DNA of 64,000 nucleotides, taken from the IMG/VR virus record IMGVR_UViG_3300025093_000015, positions 1-64,000 of that record. One strand, given 5' to 3'. Positions 28,496 to 38,100 of the stretch are shown one piece after another (positions within the stretch are counted from its first letter, which is position 1; the number at the start of each line of letters is the position of its first letter). The notes beneath the pieces are model-generated. The model ran no database searches, had not been told where the DNA came from, and saw only the letters and a list, made by a program, of their open reading frames with translations. The translations under genes and the position numbers were made by a program. The stretch is from a virus.

Positions 28496-29443
28496 TTATC
28501 TTCTTTCTTGCTGAGGTGGAGTATCCATCTCTGCTATTTGCATTCTCTCAAACTGAGCTTTGAAAAAACTCATTCTTGTGTCACCATTTCTGGCTTTTAG
28601 AAAATGTAAAACTAGTGTTTTATCATCTTGTATAATATATCTATCAGGGCCATAGAATCTAATCTTTTGTTTTGCAGGACGGTTAATACCAATCAAGGTA
28701 TCAGCATGTTGTAACATTGCATCTGAACCAAATATATCTGATTCAAGAACATAGTTACCATACTTACCATCTACTGCTCTATCCGGATTATCTATGTTTC
28801 TGTTTAACTGTGACAGTGCTATAAACATACAAGGATATTCACGTTTAACTTGTGTAAAAAACTCACCCAGCTCAAATAACATATCTAATCTGTTATTTTG
28901 ATATGGTGCTCTTTTTACTAGTATAGTGTGATCTAAAGTTATAATAGTCTTTTGACCTTGATGTTCATTCATATACATGTCTATTTGTTCACGCATTTGA
29001 TTTACAGTCATAGGTGTAGATATAATATCCACTGGACTTTTAACTCTATCTTTTGCATACGAGTGACATTTATCAAATGTATCTTTAGTTAAAGTATGAC
29101 CAGCACTACATAACTCTTTATATGTTTTACCGGTTATTGAACTAAACTCTCTTAATGCTGAGGTTCTACCTACCATCTCAAATTGAAACTCAAGAACTCT
29201 GTAGTTTTCTTCAGGATTAAGAACAAATGATTCTCTAATTATTTGATCTTTAATTAATGTCTTACCTGACCCTGGTCTACCGCCTATAACAGTAAGAGTA
29301 TTCCACTCTAATCCATCTGTTACAGCATCATTAAACTTAGGCCATGGTGTTTGTATAGACTTCTCCTTACCGGATTGTCTGTCAAGCATATATTTAAGTG
29401 CTTCATTAAATGATTGATATTGTCCATGCCATGCTTCTTTCAT
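28496..29443 (-). CDS. dnaB: Replicative DnaB-like helicase
   Basis: GGRPGSGKT, FEM, LDH, LSQLNR, KARNG. Confidence 0.88.
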   Translation of the reverse strand: MKEAWHGQYQSFNEALKYMLDRQSGKEKSIQTPWPKFNDAVTDGLEWNTLTVIGGRPGSGKTLIKDQIIRESFVLNPEENYRVLEFQFEMVGRTSALREFSSITGKTYKELCSAGHTLTKDTFDKCHSYAKDRVKSPVDIISTPMTVNQMREQIDMYMNEHQGQKTIITLDHTILVKRAPYQNNRLDMLFELGEFFTQVKREYPCMFIALSQLNRNIDNPDRAVDGKYGNYVLESDIFGSDAMLQHADTLIGINRPAKQKIRFYGPDRYIIQDDKTLVLHFLKARNGDTRMSFFKAQFERMQIAEMDTPPQQERR

Positions 29444-30024
29444 ACTACTTTCTCTTTAAAGTGGTTATCTTCAGGCTCTACTCCATCTCTAATCATATCA
29501 CAATAATCTGCAAGGTCAGATGTTCTGACTTTAGATTTATCTTGTTTACTAATAAAGTACTGACTTGTTTTCATATACATATAATCATTGTCTCTGTATG
29601 CATTAACATACATGCTTGTTGCATCTATAACTTCATCCCAACTAAAATCATAGTTTTCAAAGAACCATCTAAATGAATTTTCTAATGTTTTTACATTTAC
29701 ACGTGCAGGTTTACCACTTGGTAGCTTACCTGCAGGAAATATATCTCTATATTCATTGATTCTTTTCAAGAACTCTTTACCCATAAGCTGAATACTAGTT
29801 CTTTTTTTAGCTTTAATAAAGTAATTTTCAAATCTTGCTATTACTTTATTAGCTTTTATAGATAATGAACCATCCTGTTCAATGAAACCTAATGACTTAA
29901 GTTGTTGAACATCTGATTTACTATCAGGCAAGGGTAATGACAGACTCTTCTTTATTCCGTAAAGAATCAAGAATTGATTGGGTGTCATTTTCTCCTTCAG
30001 TATTTGTTGAAATAATTCCCACAT
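29440..30024 (-). CDS. Hypothetical replication protein (possible helicase loader/initiator)
   Basis: Coupled to dnaB; N-terminal winged-helix-like segment. Confidence 0.55.
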   Translation of the reverse strand: MWELFQQILKEKMTPNQFLILYGIKKSLSLPLPDSKSDVQQLKSLGFIEQDGSLSIKANKVIARFENYFIKAKKRTSIQLMGKEFLKRINEYRDIFPAGKLPSGKPARVNVKTLENSFRWFFENYDFSWDEVIDATSMYVNAYRDNDYMYMKTSQYFISKQDKSKVRTSDLADYCDMIRDGVEPEDNHFKEKVV

Positions 30025-30505
30025 AATCTTTAATGTTTTTTAATACAGCTTTATGTACTACCATATAATCCGTTTCATTAGTATCTATCATGTTTTGTAC
30101 TGACTTTACTGAGTGTAACACAGTAGCATGATCTCTATTTATAAACTGTCCTATTCTAGTAGTAGTAAATCCAAGATTCCTTGCTATATATGTGTAACAT
30201 TGTACCCATATTAAAACATTTCTTCTTCTAGATTTAATGATCATGGAGTCTACATAACTGAGTGAAGGATCTATTTCATGCATTGTATGTATTACAATTT
30301 CTTCAAGTTCCTTAAGTTTATTAGTTATGTTTATATTGGCTAATGCATCTATTTCATTTTTCCACATAGTGGTGTAATTCTTTACACTAGATGAGCCTAA
30401 TTTTTCACTGACAATTACTTGCAGTTTTTTTTTATATTTTAATTCAAAGTTATTTACAAACAACTGAATTTCTCTAGTCATTTGCTTATGTTCTTCTTCA
30501 AACAT
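29924..30505 (-). CDS. Protein with DnaA C-terminal-like HTH
   Basis: TTTRIGQFINRDHATVLHSV matches the DnaA domain IV pattern. Confidence 0.75.
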   Translation of the reverse strand: MFEEEHKQMTREIQLFVNNFELKYKKKLQVIVSEKLGSSSVKNYTTMWKNEIDALANINITNKLKELEEIVIHTMHEIDPSLSYVDSMIIKSRRRNVLIWVQCYTYIARNLGFTTTRIGQFINRDHATVLHSVKSVQNMIDTNETDYMVVHKAVLKNIKDYVGIISTNTEGENDTQSILDSLRNKEESVITLA

Positions 30506-30526
30506 ATTTATTGGTTTTAAAGTTTA

Positions 30527-30554
30527 CAAAGATAAGAAATTTTTGTTATATTTG
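30527..30554. promoter_or_regulatory. Back-to-back Bacteroidetes -7 promoter elements
   Basis: TATCTTTG on minus (30527-30534) and TATATTTG on plus (30547-30554) at a local strand divergence. Confidence 0.7.
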
Positions 30555-30664
30555 CCACATGAACAACACGTTTCTCATACAAAATTTAATGGTTGCAATT
30601 AAAGAACCAAGTATAAAAAAACTAAGGATTAAAACTAATCCTGATTTATTAAAATTTTTAAATA

Positions 30665-31201
30665 ATGGCAAAGAAATTAACAAAAAAACAAATAGCTGAA
30701 AGATCTAATAAAGCTAAAGAAGCTATTAGAAATAACAAAGTTGTACAATTAGTACCTGATGCTATTACTCAGATACCTTTTACAACAGAATTTAGAACAT
30801 ATATAGAAGAAACTATAAATTATCTTTTTAGTTTGCATAGTGAAGATCATACAATAAAAGCATTACATCATATTAAAACAAACTTTGAACATATCAAAGA
30901 AGATGATCCTGTTGATCCATATATGAATTCATTATGGACATTAATGACAATTCAAACAGAAATGAATAGACAAGCTGTTGAACAAGGAAATGTCATTGTT
31001 ACAGATGAAGATGTAGATGAAGCTACTAAAAAGATGATTAAATCTTTAGAAACTTTTAATGAAGATGAATTAAAAGATATGTTTAAAGAGGTTAATGGTA
31101 ATTATGAAAATATGAGAAAAGAAGATGAAGCTAGAAGAGCTACAACAACTGATAATAATAGTGCATCAGCATATGACTCTCCACAATCTAACGAAGATTA
31201 G
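30665..31201 (+). CDS. Hypothetical helical protein on the plus strand inside the minus block
   Basis: 178 aa; has its own upstream promoter element. Confidence 0.75.
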   Translation: MAKKLTKKQIAERSNKAKEAIRNNKVVQLVPDAITQIPFTTEFRTYIEETINYLFSLHSEDHTIKALHHIKTNFEHIKEDDPVDPYMNSLWTLMTIQTEMNRQAVEQGNVIVTDEDVDEATKKMIKSLETFNEDELKDMFKEVNGNYENMRKEDEARRATTTDNNSASAYDSPQSNED

Positions 31202-31571
31202 ATCCAACTTCATCACCTAATTCTATAATTTCTTGTATTACAGAGTTTAATTCCTCTTTACTACAATCTCCAAAAGATTTGCAGTACTCAGTTCCATTCT
31301 TATTGAAACAGAGTCCTGCTTTTCTTTTTACAAGTAATTTCATTTCACTAAAAGAATAACCAAGATCATTTGCAAGTTGTCTTATACTTACATGTATCTT
31401 AGCTATCTGTGCATTAGTGCCATTATCACCTGAGATGCTAATAAATATTTCTACTTTAGCTCCTTCAGGTAAATCTTCTACAAACTTATTGTATATTGTT
31501 TCTTGTGCTTTAACATTATATTCCAACTTACCATCACGTTTGGTTAGGTTGGCAAATAAATTTGCTTTCAT
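31188..31571 (-). CDS. NinB-like recombination protein
   Basis: Start MKANLF; TNAQ..H...LA..LGY...EMK...KS....KEEL. Confidence 0.55.
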   Translation of the reverse strand: MKANLFANLTKRDGKLEYNVKAQETIYNKFVEDLPEGAKVEIFISISGDNGTNAQIAKIHVSIRQLANDLGYSFSEMKLLVKRKAGLCFNKNGTEYCKSFGDCSKEELNSVIQEIIELGDEVGSNLR

Positions 31572-31942
31572 GATACATCCATACAATTATCCCAATCAAA
31601 CACACAATCTGGATAATGAATCTCATTAAACTGTCCCATTATATTATTAAGGATTGTTATAGAGTTATCTTGTGATATTGATTCAGGTAGTTTTTCTCCT
31701 ATTCCTAATGATCTTAAGACAGCATTAGCTTCTTCAACTCTACTAAGCTTACAATATCTTGTTGAATCATTATGTATATACATGCCATAAAACATGCCGC
31801 GGCCTTGTTCTACATAAGATACATTAATCTTTGTAGGAGCAAGCCTTGTTTTTCTATTTAATTTTCTTTCTATTTGAGTTGCTATGTAAAATCCAATAAG
31901 CATACCAGCAAGTATAGAAAAAAACCATATTGTTATTTCCAT
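31568..31942 (-). CDS. Hypothetical protein with N-terminal TM helix
   Basis: 124 aa; hydrophobic N-terminus. Confidence 0.6.
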   Translation of the reverse strand: MEITIWFFSILAGMLIGFYIATQIERKLNRKTRLAPTKINVSYVEQGRGMFYGMYIHNDSTRYCKLSRVEEANAVLRSLGIGEKLPESISQDNSITILNNIMGQFNEIHYPDCVFDWDNCMDVS

Positions 31943-31943
31943 A

Positions 31944-32180
31944 TTATTTAAATCTTAATGTATTAATATCAACAAGAACAAATTCTTGTCCACATTTAGT
32001 ACAGTTAATATCATCTGTTGCCATGTAGTTTAATGTTTTACTAGAACAGTTAGGACATAGTTGATCCATCTGCGCTGGAGTATTTTTTGTTTGGTTATAA
32101 TACCATTCAAGATACTCCATAGCAGATTTATCAGTCCCAGACTGCATATATTCCATATGCACTTCTTTCATTCTACCCAT
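31944..32180 (-). CDS. Small Zn-ribbon protein
   Basis: CPNC...CTKCG. Confidence 0.7.
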   Translation of the reverse strand: MGRMKEVHMEYMQSGTDKSAMEYLEWYYNQTKNTPAQMDQLCPNCSSKTLNYMATDDINCTKCGQEFVLVDINTLRFK

Positions 32181-32183
32181 AAC

Positions 32184-32345
32184 TTAAGGCTTTTTATAGT
32201 ATTCTATATACAAAGAGTCTAAACTATAATAATAGTTTGCTTGCAGTATATCAATTTCTTTTTGAATTAGCAATTGACGTTGTGTTATATCTTGTGATAC
32301 ACCACACGATGCTAAAAATAATACTAACATTATTAAATATTTCAT
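32184..32345 (-). CDS. Small lipoprotein (53 aa)
   Basis: Manually translated MKYLIMLVLFLASCGVSQ...; lipobox LASC. Confidence 0.6.
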   Translation of the reverse strand: MKYLIMLVLFLASCGVSQDITQRQLLIQKEIDILQANYYYSLDSLYIEYYKKP

Positions 32346-32347
32346 AA

Positions 32348-33445
32348 TTAATTATCTAAAGGGTTATAAAAATGTATTTTGTCTTGGTCAAATGTAGATA
32401 ACGCTGAGTTAACCCATTTAACATCTACTGTATTTGCATAACATAGTATATGACAGATAGACTGCTCATTAGGTAATAACCTAAGTAATCTACCTATACG
32501 TTGTGAAGTTTTTCTTTCATTACCATATGCATGCATTATAATACCTTGTTTTAAATTAGGTATAGATATACCTTCACTAAGTTGTAATACACAAGACATT
32601 TGATTTATTCTACCATCACTAAATAATTCTAAATTTTCTTCAGATTTTTTATTACCTGAGTGATAACTATGTAAACACATTCTGTCAGCCTGTTTCTTTG
32701 TATTAGCAAATACAAGACACTTTTGATCTATATTTTTAAGTAAACCTTTTGCATATGCTTCTTTTGTTGGATAATCCATCATAGCTTTCATACGCATTAT
32801 AGATGCAAATTGCTTTTGTTTCTGTGTTTGTGCATCACCTACACGTGATGTAAAATAATCATAGTCTGCCTTTTCTGATGTATACCAGAAACCACCATTC
32901 TTAGCTTTCTTCTTATGTGTTTTAAGCTTAGATAGTTGTAACTCATGTACAATAATTTTGTAATCATTAAGTATATTACTATCTGTAGCCTCATCAACAC
33001 TATAATTATATACAATAGGACAATACTTATTGACCATTTTGTATTTTTCTGTGCCTTTTCTTGGTGGTGTACCAGTTAGACCAAGAATCTTACCTTTATA
33101 TTCAGATAAAAATTCATTATGACTATCCAATAAACTGTGACATTCATCAAGATATACTATGTCATAATCATTTGGATTCTTTTTATTTAATGATAAGTAT
33201 GTTACAAATTCTATATGTGACAATAACCTATCAGTTAAATTCATTTTTCTTAATTCATCTAACCAAGCATCCATAACAGATAGCTTAGGTATAACAACTA
33301 GTGTTTTTATAAAAGGATTATAGTTTTTCTGTAGGTGCTGTATAGCAATTCTTGTTTTACCAACACCCATAGAAATACCTAATCCACATCTCTTATTATT
33401 TACAGCAAGATCTAACGCTTGCTTTTGTACACTATCTCTTCCCAT
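32348..33445 (-). CDS. Superfamily 2 (DExH) helicase
   Basis: MGVGKT, DECH, GLTGT, QRIGRLLR. Confidence 0.88.
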   Translation of the reverse strand: MGRDSVQKQALDLAVNNKRCGLGISMGVGKTRIAIQHLQKNYNPFIKTLVVIPKLSVMDAWLDELRKMNLTDRLLSHIEFVTYLSLNKKNPNDYDIVYLDECHSLLDSHNEFLSEYKGKILGLTGTPPRKGTEKYKMVNKYCPIVYNYSVDEATDSNILNDYKIIVHELQLSKLKTHKKKAKNGGFWYTSEKADYDYFTSRVGDAQTQKQKQFASIMRMKAMMDYPTKEAYAKGLLKNIDQKCLVFANTKKQADRMCLHSYHSGNKKSEENLELFSDGRINQMSCVLQLSEGISIPNLKQGIIMHAYGNERKTSQRIGRLLRLLPNEQSICHILCYANTVDVKWVNSALSTFDQDKIHFYNPLDN

Positions 33446-33683
33446 CTCTCAAATATCTTATAGTTCCCATAGCATGTTCTAATACTTCAATAATATGTTG
33501 TTTATCAGTTTTCATTAACTGATGTACATTTATACTACCATATTTATCTATATTAGTATAGTTTCTAGCTTCAGCTATTTCTTTATTTAATACTTCTTTA
33601 TAGTGTATCTGCTTCATGAATTCATGAGCTTCTTTATATTGTTTACCTTCAAGGGCTTGTTTTGCGTTATCTAATTTAGCCAT
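33432..33683 (-). CDS. Hypothetical protein
   Basis: 83 aa ORF in the gene run. Confidence 0.55.
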   Translation of the reverse strand: MAKLDNAKQALEGKQYKEAHEFMKQIHYKEVLNKEIAEARNYTNIDKYGSINVHQLMKTDKQHIIEVLEHAMGTIRYLRDGKR

Positions 33684-33685
33684 AA

Positions 33686-34087
33686 CTAGTCTCTTTTAAT
33701 TGATAAATTTAATTCTATTGCTTCTATTGGATGTTCTTCTATCCATGTATGACAAGATCTACACACAGAAAGCCAGGTTGTTGCATCATTATGATACTTA
33801 CCCCTACCTTTCATGTGATGTACATCAGTTGATTGTTTAGTACAATTAGGTAAAGCAGCTTGACACATTGGATGTTTAGTAAGAAATACCCCTCTTAACT
33901 TACCATACAATCCATCAAGTTTCTGCATCTTTGTAGATTTAACCTTAATTGGTTTAACCTTTTTTGATTTAAAAGGCTTACCTGCAAGTTTACCCCAGCA
34001 GTTTCTACAATATTTATTACCTTCATGATTCTTCCATATATACTGGTCTGTTTCACAACCAGCACAATATTTCTTCTTTGGTTTCAT
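33686..34087 (-). CDS. HNH-like nuclease/Zn-finger protein
   Basis: CAGC, CRNC, DVHH, VCRSCH. Confidence 0.7.
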   Translation of the reverse strand: MKPKKKYCAGCETDQYIWKNHEGNKYCRNCWGKLAGKPFKSKKVKPIKVKSTKMQKLDGLYGKLRGVFLTKHPMCQAALPNCTKQSTDVHHMKGRGKYHNDATTWLSVCRSCHTWIEEHPIEAIELNLSIKRD

Positions 34088-34563
34088 TATTTAATGTCAA
34101 AAAAGTTAGATGGTAATAATCCTTCTGATATAAACTTAACAATCAAATGTTCATATTGAATGCCCATTTCTTTTAAAGTTAGTTTATTCTGATAATCAGA
34201 TATATAATCAAAAGGTTGCTCATAAAAAGCTTTACCTAATTTACTACCTGCAAATATAGCAAATATCTTCTGTGAATCATTATAACAAAGTCTTTGCTTC
34301 CATCTATTTATAACATCTTGAGATCTTTTCCAGACTTTTATAATCCTTCTCTTCTTATCCCAATGCATTTTAGATATTTCTTCTTTGTTATATAACTTAA
34401 GACCATGCAATACCCTTTTGAATAAAAAGTGTTGCTTTGGATTAAGTTTTTGATACTCTATTTTTCTATCATGAGACATATATTCATCATAGATTTCAAG
34501 TTTTCTTAAACGTGCTAGATGTTTAGCTACTTTAAGTTGTTGGATTTGTTGTGCGTTTAGCAT
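34087..34563 (-). CDS. Hypothetical basic protein
   Basis: 158 aa ORF. Confidence 0.7.
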   Translation of the reverse strand: MLNAQQIQQLKVAKHLARLRKLEIYDEYMSHDRKIEYQKLNPKQHFLFKRVLHGLKLYNKEEISKMHWDKKRRIIKVWKRSQDVINRWKQRLCYNDSQKIFAIFAGSKLGKAFYEQPFDYISDYQNKLTLKEMGIQYEHLIVKFISEGLLPSNFFDIK

Positions 34564-34601
34564 GTCAGTATAGTTTTAAGTTTATATTAAGTTTGAGTAA
34601 T

Positions 34602-34625
34602 AAAAAAAGAGGGGCACATGGCCCC
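34602..34625 (-). terminator. Intrinsic terminator
   Basis: GGGGC-ACATG-GCCCC hairpin with adjacent A-run. Confidence 0.65.
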
Positions 34626-34654
34626 CCTTAGAAACAAAATAATAGTAATTAGGA

Positions 34655-35287
34655 TTAATCTAACTCAAAAGTTACATCATCATCCTCATCAACTACCACT
34701 TCTTCTTTTGATTCTATTTCTTCAATAGAATCTTCTAAATCTACTTGCTTGTTACGTCTAGTAGACTTAGGCTTTTCTTCTTCATCATTAGCAGTCATTT
34801 CTTCCATTTGTTCTTTGGTTATCTTAACTGCTTTTGACTCAACACCATTAGCTTCTCTAATAGCTGCACCATTAGTATGAGCAATAAGTGTATCATGATC
34901 ATTCATATCCATAGAATAAAATGATTTTCTGTATATAGGACAGTCTACTTCACCTGTCTCTGGGTTAACACCTACACATACTATGCCTGTGTCCCCTGCT
35001 ACTTTAAGATCTCTATCAGGATTATCTGAACTAAATGGTTCAAATGATTCTCTAACAACAATCTTACCAGGCAATGTTTTTGCCTCAGCTAAACCTGTAG
35101 CTTGTAAGTCTTCTACAGTACCATGTATCAAGGTACTTCTACTCTGCTTCTTGACCCAGTTTCCGTTGCCAATAGCAGTTGTTTCCTGTACTAATCTAAC
35201 GTGTCCAAATTCAGGATTATTTTTGGATACTCTAATTACACTACCGTTGTCATCTGCAACAATAGTAACTTTACCATTTTCAGTCAT
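34655..35287 (-). CDS. Hypothetical protein with acidic tail (possible SSB-like)
   Basis: beta-rich N-terminus; acidic C-terminus EDDDVTFELD; followed by a terminator. Confidence 0.65.
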   Translation of the reverse strand: MTENGKVTIVADDNGSVIRVSKNNPEFGHVRLVQETTAIGNGNWVKKQSRSTLIHGTVEDLQATGLAEAKTLPGKIVVRESFEPFSSDNPDRDLKVAGDTGIVCVGVNPETGEVDCPIYRKSFYSMDMNDHDTLIAHTNGAAIREANGVESKAVKITKEQMEEMTANDEEEKPKSTRRNKQVDLEDSIEEIESKEEVVVDEDDDVTFELD

Positions 35288-35329
35288 GTCAAAATTGGTT
35301 TTAAAAATTAATAAAAAGTGTGAATAAAT

Positions 35330-35605
35330 TTAAATGTCATCAGGACGAAAGTAATCATCCTGGAACTTCTCTATATCAGGTATCTCATCAAGACGTTGTT
35401 CTCTGTCTTCTGGTAACATACCATCATCTGTTTTTTGTTTTTTAGTTTTTGAACTATGTAATGCAGATTTAAAGAAAGGATCTACTGGATCAGATGTATA
35501 CTGGTCACCAAGACAGGCAAGCTCATGAAGCTCATCATCAGTCATATCTAAGTATTGTTCAATACTTAAATGTATAACTCTGCCATTTGGTAACTGGTAT
35601 ATCAT
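35330..35605 (-). CDS. Hypothetical protein
   Basis: MIYQLPNG...; TATTTTTG box at 35610-35617 immediately upstream, suggesting a leaderless transcript. Confidence 0.65.
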   Translation of the reverse strand: MIYQLPNGRVIHLSIEQYLDMTDDELHELACLGDQYTSDPVDPFFKSALHSSKTKKQKTDDGMLPEDREQRLDEIPDIEKFQDDYFRPDDI

Positions 35606-35695
35606 TTAACAAAAATATCAAAAATTATCAGTGATAATACATACTTTTGTTGATACAGCAATATTTATTAATAGAAGTATAGCTATCTATTAATA

Positions 35696-36274
35696 TTAAT
35701 CATAAAGATTTATTATATCCTTACTAAAAATTGCCTTTTTTCTTGCATAAAGATCACTCTTCTTTAGCATTTCATTAGTCCAAGTGTTACAAGTATACAA
35801 TAATGAATACTTACCTTTAGCTTTGTAATACCAACCATTATTTATTGTATCTATGACTCTAATTTTATTTCCATTAGAATCAAGCACATATGATTTTTTT
35901 ACATTTAAATGTAACATTTCTAATTGATACTTATCTACAAGAACAGGTATCCAGTGATCTTGTTTATTATAATGACGGATTTCTCTTATTACAACATCTT
36001 CCCTATTATTAGAAACATGTAAGTAATCTTTATAACTTGCATCATTCCATGTTGGAATGTTCATAAAGAAATGTGCTGCACCCCATCCATATGAAGTATA
36101 CTCTCCATCTGTTGGTAATACTAAATCTACATGCACACCATTATCATTTAAATAAACAGTATCTACTATTTTTCTTGTGTCACCAAAAAATAAACATTTT
36201 TGATGATTTACAGTAGGATTATAGTCACATCCTATAAAAACTGATGCTACTAATATTATTATTATTTTTTTCAT
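35696..36274 (-). CDS. DUF2459-like lipoprotein
   Basis: Signal with FIGC; HVDLVLP, YGWG, YTCNTW. Confidence 0.7.
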   Translation of the reverse strand: MKKIIIILVASVFIGCDYNPTVNHQKCLFFGDTRKIVDTVYLNDNGVHVDLVLPTDGEYTSYGWGAAHFFMNIPTWNDASYKDYLHVSNNREDVVIREIRHYNKQDHWIPVLVDKYQLEMLHLNVKKSYVLDSNGNKIRVIDTINNGWYYKAKGKYSLLYTCNTWTNEMLKKSDLYARKKAIFSKDIINLYD

Positions 36275-36513
36275 TTTAGTAATTTTATTATTTTACCTTC
36301 TCTTTTAATATATTTTGCATCTTTTAACTCTTTTATACCCCTGCTAACGGTACTATAACCAACATTCAACATATCAGCTATAGTTCCATTGCTAGGGAAA
36401 CAAGTACGGCTTTTATTAGCATGTATACAGTATACACTATATACACATTTTGCTATCAATGATAGTTCTGGATCAGATATAACTTCATGCGAAACTATTC
36501 CAAACCTTTCCAT
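36271..36513 (-). CDS. Helix-turn-helix protein (HTH_36-like)
   Basis: LSLIAK...CFPSNGTIA...STVSRGIKEL. Confidence 0.75.
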   Translation of the reverse strand: MERFGIVSHEVISDPELSLIAKCVYSVYCIHANKSRTCFPSNGTIADMLNVGYSTVSRGIKELKDAKYIKREGKIIKLLK

Positions 36514-36938
36514 TTATCTAAAGGTATTGCTACAATATCTTTAGTATATACTTCTACACTTGTAGATATAGGTTTATTATCACGTAAAGTAACACACTCC
36601 ACATGCATCTTATAATAAGTAGGATTAAAATCACTACCATAAGATGTGTCACCAGTTATCATGCCGTAATGATAACCTTCTTTATCTACAAATCCTAGAT
36701 CTTGTAGTACATCTATGTTTACACTATCAAATTCATACTTATCAGGTTTAAACTTAATCTTTTGATTCTTGTTTAAAAGTATATAGTCTGGTGTAGACAT
36801 AATGTGCATTAATAATTCTATCTGTGAATCATTCAACATATACAATACTGCATCTGCTGCTTTACCAGCTTCTTGGTTAAACAAGTCAGATAATAGTATC
36901 TTTAGTTGTGGTACAGTAAGCTTTATGCTCCGTTCCAT
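36495..36938 (-). CDS. Hypothetical protein
   Basis: 147 aa ORF. Confidence 0.65.
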   Translation of the reverse strand: MERSIKLTVPQLKILLSDLFNQEAGKAADAVLYMLNDSQIELLMHIMSTPDYILLNKNQKIKFKPDKYEFDSVNIDVLQDLGFVDKEGYHYGMITGDTSYGSDFNPTYYKMHVECVTLRDNKPISTSVEVYTKDIVAIPLDKWKGLE

Positions 36939-37066
36939 AATAATTCAGGATTAAATATTGCCAAAACCATACATATAACTACTGAAATAGTAAATGCACA
37001 TATGATTAATGTTGTAAAAAGGAATTTCCATTGCTGTTTTACAAATGTTAAAAAGTTTCTTACCAT
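36923..37066 (-). CDS. Small membrane protein (47 aa)
   Basis: Manually translated; long hydrophobic stretch. Confidence 0.45.
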   Translation of the reverse strand: MVRNFLTFVKQQWKFLFTTLIICAFTISVVICMVLAIFNPELLWNGA

Positions 37067-37091
37067 AATAATCTATTTAATTAGTTAACTG

Positions 37092-37165
37092 TACACCCAG
37101 TAGGACTTGAACCTACAACCTACAGCTTAGAAGGCTGTTGCTCTATCCAATTGAGCTATGGGTGC
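37092..37165 (-). tRNA. tRNA-Arg(TCT)
   Basis: GCACCCA/TGGGTGT acceptor, TAGCTCAATTGGATAGAGC D-arm, ACAGC-CTTCTAA-GCTGT anticodon arm, GTAGG-TTCAAGT-CCTAC T-arm; CCA not encoded. Confidence 0.95.
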
Positions 37166-37279
37166 AAACATGACAGTAAGAGTAGCTGTTACACTACCCT
37201 TACTATCTCTCACTCAAACTTAATAACCATTACTGACTATTAAATCATTAGTAACTATATACTGGTACTGTTATGTTTC

Positions 37280-37882
37280 TCATATATGAGAAATATCTAC
37301 CATTATACGGTGACTGTCATAGCACTCATGCTCAGGATCAAGGTGTCTACCTTCCTTTACAAAAGCTTTAACTCTTTTGATAAGACCTTGATTGTCTTTT
37401 ATCATTTTGAGTTGTGTGTAACTATCCATAAAAGCTATACCAGGTTTACTAGTTTTAAGTTTAAAGTCAATACTATGACAACTTGCAAATAATTCACAAG
37501 TGTAATCATCCATATCAACATCACCAAACATAGTCTTAAAAGGTTTAACTTCTATTAGATAATCACTAATAGCTTGTTTGAAATACTTTGGTGTATTCCA
37601 AGTACCAAGATGAAAACATATCTCAGTCAAGTTATCTTTGGTCATGTATGTTTGTACACATACACCACCAAAGTAACTACAGACATATTCCAAATCACCG
37701 TTAACAACATCCATTCTTCTATGGATCTTGTTTATTTTGTTACAGTCAGTTTGAAATATCTTACGACTATGGTAAGAGGTAATGCACTCTGCATCCCTCT
37801 TCCATAGATTTTTCCAAAAGTTTAACAATTTGTTAATCACTTTCCACGGTTTTTTTGTGTCCAGAATTTCCATGTCTGCCAC
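37280..37882 (-). CDS. Hypothetical early protein
   Basis: 200 aa ORF. Confidence 0.65.
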   Translation of the reverse strand: MADMEILDTKKPWKVINKLLNFWKNLWKRDAECITSYHSRKIFQTDCNKINKIHRRMDVVNGDLEYVCSYFGGVCVQTYMTKDNLTEICFHLGTWNTPKYFKQAISDYLIEVKPFKTMFGDVDMDDYTCELFASCHSIDFKLKTSKPGIAFMDSYTQLKMIKDNQGLIKRVKAFVKEGRHLDPEHECYDSHRIMVDISHI

Positions 37883-38100
37883 TGGTTATACTTCTTTTTA
37901 ACATCAAACAACCACACTAATGATACAATTAAGTATACCCAAAACAATGTCATGAATATAGTTTTTGATGTATCAGGATGAGGTTGTAACCATTCAATCA
38001 ATAAGATTGAAGATAAACCACTTATTAAAGTGGCAAATACTGCTGTAATCCATGCAACAAGAATCTTTGCTGGTGGATTAAAATTTTTAAATCTGTTCAT
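37837..38100 (-). CDS. Two-TM membrane protein
   Basis: Two hydrophobic helices. Confidence 0.6.
   Translation of the reverse strand: MNRFKNFNPPAKILVAWITAVFATLISGLSSILLIEWLQPHPDTSKTIFMTLFWVYLIVSLVWLFDVKKKYNQWQTWKFWTQKNRGK

Noticed and set aside
24752-30505. Programmed frameshifts at the long overlaps 25050-25132 and 29924-30024
   Set aside because: Downstream genes have their own ATG and the overlapping tails look like low-complexity read-through; no supporting slippery site plus structure.
37066-37091. HDV-like (theta) ribozyme 3' of the tRNA
   Set aside because: Only ~25 AT-rich nt separate the tRNA from the next ATG; no room and no pairing.
37092-37165. Amber-suppressor tRNA or TAG recoding, as in some crAss-like phages
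   Set aside because: The loop CTTCTAA centres on TCT, not CTA. TAG ends genes here (e.g. 3800, 40541), and long ORFs are intact under the standard code.
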